From: Dendrobates tinctorius
Lineage: Eukaryota
Assembly (NCBI RefSeq): GCF_039654945.1
Contig: NW_027361937.1
Location: forward strand, 9,610,001-9,674,000
Reading direction: 5' to 3'
Length of the DNA: 64,000 nt
Below the pieces are notes generated by a model. It saw only the letters and a program-made list of their open reading frames with translations. It had not been told where the DNA came from and did no database searches. The translations under genes were made by a program, and so were the position numbers. Shown piece by piece: positions 23,495-35,999 of this stretch. Positions within the stretch are counted from its first letter, which is position 1. Every line of letters begins with the position of its first letter.

Positions 23495-24955
23495 ATAATA
23501 ATAATTTTTATTTGTATAGTGCCAACATCTTCTGCAGCACTTAACCATTAAGTAGGGACATATACAGAAAGTAAATTAAATACAAGGTAAGACAGATTAA
23601 ACAATTACATTAGGAATGAGGGCCCTGATCAAAAGTTTATAGTCTGCAAGGAAATAGGGGGACACAATAGGTGAAAAGTTATTCTTATTTCAGGTCCAAT
23701 AATTATTATTAAATAGGGATTTACATGCATGCTTCGGTCATCAGCCCATATGTTTAAGTGCAATTATTGAGTGTAGTTATCATGTGCATGGAAGCATTGG
23801 AGATAGATGAACAGGAGGGAGCAGATGCTGAATATTATTTAGAAGGAGGGGACAGGGAAGGGTTAGGTTAGTGAGTTCAGGTGATGTTCTTGTTTAAAGT
23901 GTTTTTAAAGCACAATATAAAGCGTGGGGGCTAGGTATCAGTTGGATGGTCTAGGGGAGTGCATTCCAGAGAACTGGCGCAGCATGGGAGAAGTCTTGGA
24001 GACAGAGGTGAGAGGTTTGGATTATGGAGGATGATAGTTTTAGGTTAGTTTCAGCATGTAGGGCATGTGTAGGGCAATAGACAGATATGACAGAGGAGAT
24101 ATAGGGTGGAGCAGAACTGTCGAGAGCTCTGTGGTTGAAAAATATGAGTTTATATTTTATTCTGTAGCGAATGGGTAACCAGTGTAATGACTGATACAAG
24201 GTGAAGGCATTGGTGAAGTGGCTGTGCAGAAATATGACCCTGGCTACCGCATTCTGGACGGATTGGAGAGGAGAAAGTTTGGTTAGAGGGAGACCGATCA
24301 GAAGAGAGTTGCAATAGTCCAGGCGAGAATGAATAAGAGCAACAGTTAAGGCCCCGTCACACATAGCGACTCACCAGCGATCCCGACAACGATATCAACG
24401 TGTCAGGATCGCTGGTGAGTCGCTACATGATCGCTGATGAGCTGTCAAACAGACAGCTTCACCAGCGATCAGGACCAGCGACGCTGACCGCGAGGCGTCG
24501 CTGTGTACTTTAGTTACCAGCGTGCTGATGCAGTGAGCTGGTAACTAAGGTACACAGAGGGTTTCTAAGGGACGTGCGTCACTTAGAAACCCGATGTGTA
24601 CCTTAGTTACCAGCTCCCTGCATCAGCGCGCTGGTAACTAAGGTACACAGAGGGTTTCTAAGCACAGCGCAGTGCTTAGAAACCCGGCGTTTACCTTAGT
24701 TACCTGCTGATCGCTGGTCTCCCGCCTGTCACACGCAGCGATGCGTGCTGGCCAGCGGGAGACCAGCGACCAAAAAAATGTCCAGGGCTTTCCTACAGCG
24801 ATCAGTGATACCGGCAGGGGGGCCGGTCGCTGATCGCTGTCACACACAGCGATCTCGCTGGTGAGATCGCTGTTACGTCACAAAACTTGTGACTCAGCAG
24901 CGTTCTCGCTAGCGAGATCGCTATGTGTGACGGGGCCCTAAGAGTTTTAGCAACT
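23495..24955 (-). mobile_element. L2 LINE 3' fragment
   Basis: ALIHSRLDYCNSLL...LHWLPIRYRIKYK...APVLWNALP; (ATT)n tail at 23495; interrupted by a MITE at 24349. Confidence 0.85.
24349..24938. mobile_element. Harbinger MITE, AGCGAT family (long subfamily with TTTCTAAG/CTTAGAAAC repeats)
   Basis: TIR GGCCCCGTCACACATAGCGA; TWA flanks. Confidence 0.85.
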
Positions 24956-26398
24956 CATTATTGCTAATCTGACCCGACGAGAGGACATGCTGTCATTGTG
25001 CACATTACACAGTGCACAAGGACTAGCTCAGCCCCTGAAATGAAGGACACTGATGATGCTTTATTTCAGAGAGGGGTCAGGGGCTGCAGCAGTGACTGCA
25101 GAATCTGCCCTTTGATGATGCTTTGTTTGCTTATCCCAGCATGCACTGGGATTCTCAAAGCGACCAGGAATGAAGTAGGAAAAAAAGGAAAAGCAGTTCG
25201 TGTACGGTAGTTAGTGAAGAGTATGGAATTTTGAATTGTAGTATATTAGAATATAGTTTAGATAGATTATGGTATTAAATAGAAATGGATTTATGGTGAT
25301 AATTAGTTTATATCTGAAACTATGGTATCTCTTCAACTTTTAAGAAGCTTTTTGTTGTCCGCAACATAATGTCATGCTCATATGTGGTCAGCACCATTGT
25401 AGAGTCCATCAAGAAGGATTGGATAGTTGGAATTCCAACTTCGGATTTGTATTCAGGGCACAAAAGTCGCTGCTAGAAGCATCTGGCAGCAGCTTCCTCC
25501 TCCCTTCTTGTTCAGAACCCATGAATGCTCTTCCAAGCTAAGCACTTGTGTAACGGAGAGTTGGGAGGAAAGAACGTGTGTATGGCCGGCTTTATAGGCT
25601 CTTAAGATCATTAAGTGTCCTTTTTTCTGTCTGTTTAGACAGGTCAATGAGCATTCATTGTCCAAAGAAAGATCACTGATACAATGGTTCTGTGCCTATA
25701 GAATATAATATTATTTGCATCACATATTATTTATTCATGGGATTATGTGCTGCTGATGATCACTTTTTTAAGCCAGCTTAAAAATTGTTGCACCCAACAA
25801 ACCATCATTTTGCTCAGACATAACGTACCAATATCCTTGATTATTGGCTCATGAAAATGGGTTATTGGTCCATGAGTGAGGCATGACATTGTAGGAAGAG
25901 GATTGGGTATCACAAAAGCATATACTTATAGGTAATGCATAGTAGCCAGTTAGATAATGCTATTTGATTTTGTGGATTGGGGAGTGGTCTCAAGGGGGGG
26001 AGGAGATTCTCAGTTGATTTGTTTTTAACGAAAAGAAATAGGACTATGCACATTAGGTATCTGCCTGCCATACTGATTACAGCTGGACAGTCCACCTGCA
26101 GTGTATGGGGACTTCCCAACTGTTTCCTGAAGGCCGATATCGGGGAGGTGGGGTTGACTTCTTTTTGCTTTTGTTATGTGTAGTTTGGGGAGGGGTGTTG
26201 CATCATACCGATCAGTGGATTACCTCCATTTCCCCATTCAGAACACTTAGGGTGAATTCACATGCTGCCGATTTTGGTGCATATATTTCTGCCACTGACA
26301 ATCAGTTCCTGCTGTTCTATGTGCACAGAATATCTTGTTATAGGGAGCACATCCTTTGTTTCCACAGGACAATGTGCTGGCGATGGCAATGTGCTCAC

Positions 26399-27378
26399 TA
26401 GGGTGACCGGATCTCATATGGGGGGGAAAAAATGTTGGAATCTTGTCCCTCTGGACCCCACAAAACGATTCCCCTTTCCAGATATTGAGATAGCCAAAAT
26501 TTGAGCTCGATCAAACGACGTTAACCCGTGCTGCTCGTCGCTCAAAGTGTGAAAAAATCCAAATTGTTTTTTTAAGATGTAGGTATTTTGCATAGTCTGT
26601 TAGACTATAAAGAATGTGACAACAACATTGCAGAAATAGCCCTGACCAAATTTTCGAACCATTTGTGGTATTTGAATGCAGAGATGGTGGGATTATCGTT
26701 TTTTGATCCCACCATTACAGACAATGAAAAGTTGTTAATGGCTAATAAATTGCTCAGTAGCACAGATGAACCATCAGAGCACGCTAACCTACATGAGTTG
26801 ATAATTTTACATAGTTATCTAATCTATTCTAGAGCTTTTGTTAAAGTAGTTTTTGAAACGTCAGAATATAATGCTCGGCATTTGCTTACAACTTGCAGGA
26901 CATATTGCTTTTGTTCTTCATCTTTTGTCAGAAGGTCGTTAAAGTCGGTTACTTCCTACCTCTTTTAATTTTTCTTTCCTAACTTTTGGATTTACAACCC
27001 TAGCGTGCTCTGATGGTTCATCTGTGCTACTGAGCAATTTATTAGCCATTAACAACTTTTCATTGTCTGTAATGGTGGGATCAAAAAACGATAATCCCAC
27101 CAACTCTGCATTCAAATACCAAAAATGGTTCGAAAATTTGGTCAGGGCTATTTCTGCAATGTTGTTGTCACATTCTTTATAGTCTAACAGACTATGCAAA
27201 ATACCTAAATCTTAAAATACCTCAATTTGGATTTTTTCAAACTTTGAGCGACGAGCAGCACGGGTTAACGTCGTTTGATCGAGCTCAAATTTTGGCTATC
27301 TCAATATCTGGAAAGGGGAATCGTTTTGTGGGGTCCAGACGGACAAAATTCCGACATCGATTTTTTGCGGTCACCCTA
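26399..27378. mobile_element. Fold-back hAT-superfamily (hATm-like) deletion derivative with transposase fragments in both arms
   Basis: TIR TAGGGTGACCG; perfect 8-bp TSD GTGCTCAC (26391-26398 / 27379-27386). ~390-bp inverted arms encode IALTKFSNH(L/F)WYLNAE(M/L)VGLSFFD; the loop encodes TDFNDLLTKDEEQKQYVLQVV...ALE* on minus. Confidence 0.85.
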
Positions 27379-30300
27379 GTGCTCACTCATCAGGTGTCTG
27401 CAGGCCTGTTTGGAAAAGATGAAAATTGGGAACAAACGTTCCTATGAAGGCTTGTTTCCTGATTATTGGCCTGACAAAATGAGTCCATCTAGGATTGTTT
27501 CAGATGAATGGGGCAGTTGCAGGACTATATCCCCATAAAAATAACGCAGACCATTTGAACATAACTTTGTTCGGATTAGACAGCATGATTGGAGGTGTTC
27601 ACCTACCACTAGTCCAGGACATTTTATGGCCTGTTTAAACAAGCCGACTAGAATTCCATGTGCACAGAACGATCGTTAATACAGTTGTTATGAGCTCGTA
27701 GAATATCATGTTATTGGCAGCAGATCACATGTCTACCTGCTTAAAAATCCTAGCACCCAATGAGCAAGCATTTTGCGCATTTGGCGGATGTTTAGACCAG
27801 CCAATTGCTTGGTACAAGCGTACCTAAACGTTCCTTCAACAATTACTGGACCGTCTAAATTGGCCCTCCGTGTATGGGAGAGTCGTTAGGAATAGCTGTC
27901 AATCTGAATTGTATACCCAGACTAAGTACAATGTATCGCTAATAAATGGATTGTATATTTTTGTAATCCTAAGCCAAATTCATTATTAGTTGTGAGACTT
28001 GTATACTCTTTCAGTGGAAGATACAGTACATATTGAACTTGCATTCGTTAGCAGTTTCAGAACTCGCTGCCAGAAAATCAGAAAATGGGGGTAAGAAAGG
28101 TTACCTAGTAAGACTTTTCCTATTCTTGAAGTCCTATTGATTATATTATAAATAATATAGATTTATATGTGATGTAAAATAATGACCAAATAAAATTGTA
28201 GCAACTCTTCTTTTTCTATAAAATAGTATGTAACTGTATGCAGTATATTTTCATGCTATCTTCTCTTTATTTTTTTTCTTCTCTCTGATTTTTTCAGCTA
28301 AAGCTTATAAATATATAAAGTGTAGCGGGAGAGTGCAGACTCTGAGATGTTTGTAAAATGCACATTCCTGGCACAGGATGCAACTTTCTAATATCTTGGG
28401 AACGTTCCCAGGGTCTCACTGATTTGTCTTCTGGCTGGAGAGTAGCCTGAAGTTTAAAAGAAAAGAAAAAAGGAAACTGGGCTATTTGTGGCTTTTTAAT
28501 TTATTTTATTTTTAATCCCTACTTGATGTTTATAGCGAGGTGCGCTAGGCACAATCATGTACAGATGCACGCCACATTTTTTAATGGATGAATATCCAAG
28601 AGAGTTGAGTTCAATAGTTATTTTATTTCTTATGATGTGTGCGTAATGTGTTTTAATGGATGATTAGGGTAGAGAGGTTCCTATAGATAACAAACTCTTC
28701 AAATGGAGCAGGTCCAGGTAATTAACAGTGGTCCCCAAAAAGAAGACAGCACTGTAGGTGTCTGGAAGACTCTAAAGTAGATAACCGTCAACCTAGCGAT
28801 AGGGAGAGAGAGCAGCCGGTAGAACTATCTCCCATACACATGAGTGCTTGCACTGCTGAGAGCTCCTATGTTCTGTGTGAGAGAGCCATCCCTACCGGTG
28901 GCTTCTCTCAGAGAACCAGCAGTCTGAAATTGAACTATGCTGGATCCTTATTTCCCCCCCCCCCCCCCCCGATAATCATCTGTTTGGGGCCCACATGCAC
29001 ATTAGATTGTCAGACAAACCAGTCTGTATTGTCCGGATAGGCCAACGTTGGTCGCATGTGCATGGAAGCCTTTATGTCCCTCTCTGTATGGCAATTAAAA
29101 ATGTCTGAACATACTTATTGGGGAATGAGGGACAAAGTTTCCTTATTTGAGAAGTGTACAAAATGTGTGGTCAGGTTAAACATTTGTTTGTACCGCTTTG
29201 ATTTGTTTATTGGACACTGATTAGCAACTCTAATTGGCTGCTAATTTTATCCACAGTTATCTATTATCTATGGACACCTAAAGGAAGTAATAATCAAGAT
29301 TATATTAGCTACACAACGAGATTGCCGAGACTTCTGAGCGCATTCACACCATCAAAGAAACGAACCATTTACATGATAAATGTACTGTTACAGCTATGAA
29401 AATGTATATTTGTATAGTGTATTGTTCAGCTGCAGTTCCTGGGTTAACTATTGTGAATGCAGCCTATATACTATTGTACTTGTTCATTACGCTTGTCAGA
29501 CAGAATATTAGTTCCACCATTTTCCATTCATTCTATATATATAGTTTGGCGTATGTGTAAAATGTTGCCTGCAGCAACTGTGGTATGTGCCATTCAGCAG
29601 AGCAAGGGCCACAGAGATATCCTTGTTTCAGCTTGTGTAATGGCTGGTTTGTGAGGTTTTTGGTTAACAGAATAGTATTTGTCTGAGTATTCTCTTCTTT
29701 TTCTGCATAGTAAATCACAGACAGTATGAATGTGGCCCTTGAAGCCAACTAAACCTTAATCGTTCAGCTTATTCATCAAGCTCGTAATGTGATTTAACAA
29801 TGTTTCTGGAGAACCTGAGGTTTTCAGAATTGTTTCTGGAGGTTTCCAGACCTAGAAACACAGTATGTTAGGTAACTATTGTTGTTGAATGTGCACAGTT
29901 TTCTGTATTTTCTATCGGTAATATCAGAACTGTGGTCTGCTACTTCAAAACATGAAAAAGTTTTCAGAAAACACAAGATTGATAGCAACTATCCATCAGA
30001 AATCAATGAAACTCAAAGCAGATGGCCAGATGTCTCACCGACACTGAACATGGTGCTCACCCTTGAATCCTGATGGGATCAGAAGCTCTTTTTGCAGACC
30101 CCAATATTAGCCTAGTCCTTGTGTCAGAAGAACTTGGCCGTATCTGCCCAGCTTTAGATAAACATCAAGATTGCGATCAAATGACTGGTGAACCTCTGTG
30201 TTGGTACTAATCGCCAGGGAAGGCATAAGACATATGAACACAGGAAAAACTGTGCAATGTGAATATTTAGGGTAATATGGCAAGGACAAATGTAACCACC

Positions 30301-31204
30301 TTAGCAGCAATAGTCTAGTATTCAGCCACATGGGGATAAACTGTTAACCTTATAAATACATCCCATTTCATGTGGGATTTTTCTTTCCAAGTAGATTTTT
30401 TTTGCACAGTGAGTATGATGGAAATTTTGATTTCTTAGGCATCTGTTCCGCCTTAGACAACGACTGGCGGCTGCCTGCACACTAGGACGCCAGCCGAGTT
30501 CTTGTTTCTAGATAGATTTTTGGCTGTGACTTCCATCATGTTGGAGTATTTGTGCATGGTTGGATTGTCCACTGTGCCAGGATAGGAATAGAACTTGCAT
30601 ACTTGGGTCTTACTAGAAAATGCCTTTGGTTAGGAAGCTTTTCTGAAGCAGAGGGTCTGCTTGCCAGGTATCCATTCCATATGTCTACTCCTAATGTTGT
30701 CATTGCTTTGTGTGTTTTTAAGTAACCAGTGGCATCTATTATGTAGCACTTGTAAGCATGTTCTCTGTGGACAATCTCCGATGGCAAGTGAATGCTATAC
30801 TAAGACTGGCAGAAAACTAATGCAATTTGATTCTTTCCATTTGCTTTGAAAACATGGCTCACCATTTGCCTATGATACTTGATGAGCTAACGTGTGCTGT
30901 AATGTAATGAGTTTCCCTTTGTTGAACCTCAAGGACATACCATATTTCCAAACTTCTTTGAGCTTGCTTCATATTGCTGGTAAATCACTTATATTTTATT
31001 TTTACATTTTCAGATCTGATAAATTAAAAAGTGTGTTTACAATTTTGAAGATAAATTTTAACAGTGAATACATTTACATGAGGTTCAGGGTGGGTCGTAT
31101 TTTTTTTTTTTGAGCATATTTGATAAAGCTTTTACATATTCAGAATGATGTATTATATATTTGTGGCCAAAAGTTTTGAGACTGACACAAATTTAGCAGT
31201 GTTA

Positions 31205-31515
31205 GGGTCCCATTTCACTTAGCGATGCACCAGCGATCCCGACAACGATACGACCTGGTAGGGATCACTGGTGCGTCGCGCTAGTAAGCTGCCAAACAGA
31301 CAGATCTCTTCAGCGACGTAGCAACGATCCAGCGATCAAACACAGCGATGCATGCTGGCCAGCGGGACGACGAAAAAATGGCCCAGGACATTCCTGCACG
31401 ATCAGCGATATCCAGCAGGGGGGCCGGTCGCTGCTGCGTGTCACTTGTAGCGAGATCGCTGTTGCATCACAAAATCGGTGACGCGCTAGCGATCTCGCTA
31501 TGTGAGACTGGGCCT
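31205..31515. mobile_element. Harbinger MITE, AGCGAT family
   Basis: TTA TSD; TIR and AGCGAT sub-repeats. Confidence 0.8.
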
Positions 31516-31665
31516 TTAGACAAAAATGGAAGTGAGACCACTCCCTTTGATGAAAAGCAACTACACACATGAATGGCCTCAGGATGCGTTACTGTTGGCA
31601 TAACACACAGCGCTCACCTTTTCTTCTCCAGACAATCATTCTTCCAGATGTCCAAAACAGTCTAA

Positions 31666-32250
31666 AGGCCCCGTTACACACAGCCATATCGCTGGCGAGA
31701 TCGCTGATTTTGTGACACATCAGCGATCTCTCCAGCGATATCGCTGTGTGTGACATCCAGCAGTGACTGGCCCCCCCGCCGGGTATCGCTGATTGTGCTG
31801 GATCGTCCTGGGCCGTTTTTTCATTGCTGGTCTCCTGCTGGCCAGCACGCATCGCCGCGTGTGGCAGCAGGAGCCAGCGATCAGCGACGCTGCACGCTGG
31901 TATCCAATGTAAACATCGGGTTTCTAAGAGCCGGGTGGCTCTTAGAAACCCGATGTTTACCACGGAAACCAGTGTCATGCTGATATCCAACGTAAAGAGC
32001 GGGTTTCTAAGAGCAGCGCGACTCTTAGAAACTCGCTGTTTACCTTGAATACCAGCATGACACTGGTTTCCAAGGTAAACATCAGGTTTCTAAGAGCCGT
32101 GCGGCTCGTAGAAACCCGAAGTTTACGTTGCATACCAGCTTTCTTGCTGGTCCTGATCGCTGGAGGGGCTGTCTAACGATGTCCCAGCGATCCCATTCAT
32201 GTCGGATCGTTAGTGGGATCGCTGGGACATCGTTATGTGTAACGGGGGCT
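31666..32250. mobile_element. Harbinger MITE, AGCGAT family, long subfamily
   Basis: TAA|AGGCCCCGTTACAC...GTGTAACGGGGGCT|TAA; three internal hairpin repeats. Confidence 0.85.
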
Positions 32251-33475
32251 TAAAGGGGGCTTCATCAGAGATATTGCTTAACAGGAAGAGCAGGGATTGG
32301 CTTGAAGAAGACTGGGGGGGCGTTATTTTTTCTAAAGTCCCCTTCAGACTATTTGAGACATTTGGAAGAATGATTGGAGAAGAAAAGGTGAGTGCTACCA
32401 TGAATCCTGTGTCCTGTGCAAACAGTAAAGCATCTGGACTCCAATAATGTGTGGAGATATTTTTCATCCACGGAGTGGGCTCAATCACAATTTTGCCTAA
32501 GAACACTGTCATGAATAAAGAATAGAATTTAAACATCCTCCAAGAGTAATTTTTTCCAACGATCAGAAGCAATTTGGCACCAAAAAATGCTTTTTCCAGC
32601 ATGATGGAGCACCATTTCACAATGAAAAAGTGATAACTAAGTGGTTCGGTGAACAGAACATCAAAATTTCGGGTCCAAAATTAACCCTTTTATAAAATCC
32701 AATATTTCAAAATTTGAAATCCCCTAATAAATTATTTTTGCTTACATTTTTTTTTTTTTTTTTACCGCAATCCATTTCTTTGACCTCTCTGTTTAACTGT
32801 TCAAGACTTTATGACCAGCACCATGTATTACACCTGAGGCACCAAATCTTCAAAAATGGTTACTGTTATTGGACAGAGGATAAAAAAGAAGATACCAGGA
32901 GTGTGGAAGACTCAGATTTATATTTGACTTTGCCAATAGATAAACTGTAACACATTAATAGAAATATATCATCAGAAAGTGATCTGCAATTTAAATAAAG
33001 TTTTTATATTAAACTATTAAAAGTTATCTTCCCTAATTTATTTTGTAATTTATTTTTATTAATTTCACTTTCTAAATAAAAAAAATAAATTATATACGCT
33101 TGCAATTTTTAATTTGGCCAGTAATAATAATATGAAGAAGATACTTCTGTACAGATCATGTTTTAGTACTTATCTCCTTATCAGCACACACAGGATTAAA
33201 TTGACAGATAACACCTTTATAGAAAACACTGGATAATACAAACTGACACCATTCACAGCAGGTGATTGTCACAGCTCACCTCATGCCCCCCATGCACAGT
33301 GACCTCTGCACAGGTGACCAAGCATGTCTATAATAACAATAAATAATAAATAATTGCTTTCATAATCATATTTAGAAAATGAAAAATAACTCTAGAATTA
33401 GAAAATACAAGCATTAGAAAAAGGGTTTCATCATCTGGCTTTAATTAAAAAACTAGTATAGGTAATAAATTTCCT

Positions 33476-34430
33476 TCAATATCAATCAAATCGCCAAGTA
33501 CATATTACATATATACAAGGAATTCTTTGTGGCAAAGAGGCAACATAATATATAACAACAGATACAACAAGTAACATCTAACAAGACAGATACAGTATAT
33601 AGTCTACACATGACGATTTAATTGTTGAACAGAGAGTGGATAGAAGCTGTTCATATGGCGGTTGGTGCTGCATTTGGGGACTCTGAAGCGACGTCCTGAA
33701 GGGAGTAGTTGGAATGAGGAGTGTCCCGGGTGAGAGGGATCGGATGAAATTTTCAATGCGTGGGATCGAATACTCTTATCATAAAGATCCTGGATTTTAG
33801 GCAGGGGGGAGCCTATAATTCTCTCTGCTGTTCTGAAAGTCCTTTGTAAGCGGAGTTTGTCATGCGCAGTGGCTCCCCCATACCAGACTATCAGAGAGGA
33901 ACAAATCACAGATCTGATGACAGCATTAAAGAATAAGATCAGCAGATTCTTAGACAAACCATATCTTTTCAGCTGACGCAGGAAGAACATCCTCTGTTGT
34001 GCTTTTCTTATAACAGCATCCACGTTTTTCCCCCATTTAAGATCATGAGAGATGATAACACCAAGGAATTTGGTCTCTGTGACCCTAAGAACCACTTCGT
34101 CATGGATGTAGATTGGAAGTATCTCATGTTGATCTTTCCTAAAATCCACAACCATCTCAGCAGTTTTTTTAGTGTTGAGTACAAGATTATTGGCTTTACA
34201 CCAGTCACATATTCTTTCCACCTCACTCCGATACAAGTCTTCAGCATTTCCCCTGATGAGACCAATCAGCGTCATATCATCGGCAAATTTCAAGATTTTT
34301 ACTGAGTCTGCTGAAGAGATGCAATCATTCGTATAGAGAGAAAACAGTAACGGGGACAAAACACACCCCTGAGGTGCCCCGATGTTTGTGACCAAGGTGT
34401 CCGAAGTGAATGGTCCAACTTTTACACTCT
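33476..34430 (-). mobile_element. 5'-truncated Rex1/Babar LINE; open RT C-terminal frame 33604-34395
   Basis: GAPQGCVLSPLLFSLYTNDC, KFADD, LNTKKTAEMVVDFRK, KFLGV, DPSHPGH..F.LLPSGRR; GATT/GATTT tail at 33476-33492. Confidence 0.85.
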
Positions 34431-34759
34431 TTTACACACTTTTACAATATCAAACATCTGCATGAGGATTCATGAGCATGAAAGTATGGCCCTCAGCATC
34501 ATGTACTCCAGTGGTCACCAAACTTTTTTTAACGTTAATCTCTGAGAGATGGTTGTGAACTTGTGAGCTATGTCCAGTGCCATCCCCCCATCCCATATCC
34601 GATGGGACACCACCTTGAGTCCTCCATTACCAGTGTAACAGTAAAGTTTCCCCACAGAAGACATACAGACCATCTTTTGGTATTCCCGCATCATGCACTC
34701 CCACCATGTTATGACATCCAGCTTCAGGCTAACTGGAAGAAAAGGAATATACATCACTT

Positions 34760-34800
34760 TTGTAACGTTTCGGTTTAATAGTAAGACCTTCATCAGTCCA
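34760..34800 (-). ncRNA. Candidate minimal type-I hammerhead ribozyme motif
   Basis: Minus strand CTGATGA-a-GGT[cttactattaa]ACC-GAAAC-GTT; intact core, palindromic AACGTT, weak stem I. Confidence 0.45.
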
Positions 34801-35031
34801 ATTGCTATTTAGATAGTTATATAGATGGTGGGACGGAATAAAACGCAATATAGAAAATGGATAAGTGCCTAAACAATGTGTGCACCATCATCCTATCTTC
34901 AGCTTACCCTATTTATCTCTCCTTCATGGCAAGCATATGCCCAGCCATATCTACTCTGCCATCTAGGCCACTTACAGAAGTCACTATCTGTTGACCTTCT
35001 CTTCATAGCTGCTTCCAAGACCTGGTGCTAA

Positions 35032-35528
35032 AGGCCCCATTACACAGAACGATGTCCCAGCGATCCCACCAACGATCCGACATGGATGGGATCGCTGGGA
35101 CATCGTTAGGCTGATCGCTGGTGAGCTGTCACATAGACAGCCCCTCCAGCGATCAGGACCAGCGAGCAAGCTGGTTTCCAATGTAAACATCGGGTATCTA
35201 AGAGCCGCGCGGCTCTTGGATACCCGCTGTTTACCCTGGAAACCAGAGTGCACGCTGGTATCTAAGGTAAACAGTGGGTTTCTGAGAGCCGCGCGGCTCG
35301 TAGATACCCGATGTTTACATTGGAGTCCAGCGTCGCTGATCGCTGGTCTCCCACTGCCACACGCAGCGATGCACGCTGGCCAGCGGGAGACCAGCGATCA
35401 AAAAACAGCCCAGGACAATAGTGCACGATCAACGATACCCGGCGTGGGGGTCGGTCGCTGATCCCCGTCACACACAGCCATCTCGCTGGCGCGTCACAAA
35501 ATCAGTGATCTTGTGTGTGACGGGGCCT
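35032..35528. mobile_element. Harbinger MITE, AGCGAT family, long subfamily
   Basis: TAA|AGGCCCCATTACAC...GTGTGACGGGGCCT|TAA. Confidence 0.85.
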
Positions 35529-35999
35529 TAAGGCATCAAACTGGCTGACAGTCACTCATCAGGGGCCCATAAGCCACATGTGGCTCCCGAACCACAGATT
35601 GGGGACCCCTTGTACCCTCTACATACCACCTTCTCCCCAGTCATTCCCACACACGTCGGTCTATTTAATGACACTAGCGGGATCAAAACCGCAAAACAAA
35701 TCTTTTCTTAAAATAGAGAAACTCCACACTCACTGAAAATATCTGTGTTCACGTTCACAACGCATATTTTTAGAATCTGGCATGAGAGGGAACCTGAGTA
35801 CCTAGAGATGACCAACACAAACACAAGGAAAATATGCAAACACTATGAATATGTAGCCCTAATTGGCTTCTAACCCATGGAAACATTGCTTCGGTGGACA
35901 GTATGGAATATCAAGTGAGGAGGAAGAATAGACTATAATGTTAGCCTGTGTCAGGACAGATCTGCCGCATCATTCTGCAATGAGACTGGTTGTCATCCT

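Larger units (their letters stand above)
31160..32680. mobile_element. Degenerate Tc1-like remnant with internal inversion, interrupted by two MITEs
   Basis: GTGGCCAAAAGTTTTGAGAC Tc1-like terminus. FFQHDGAPFH-like codons at ~32590-32620. 31610-31665 is inverted relative to 32340-32397. Confidence 0.55.

Noticed and set aside
26588-27199. Two convergent host genes (126 aa and 86 aa)
   Set aside because: They are the same transposase fragment in the inverted arms of one element, without genuine ATG starts.
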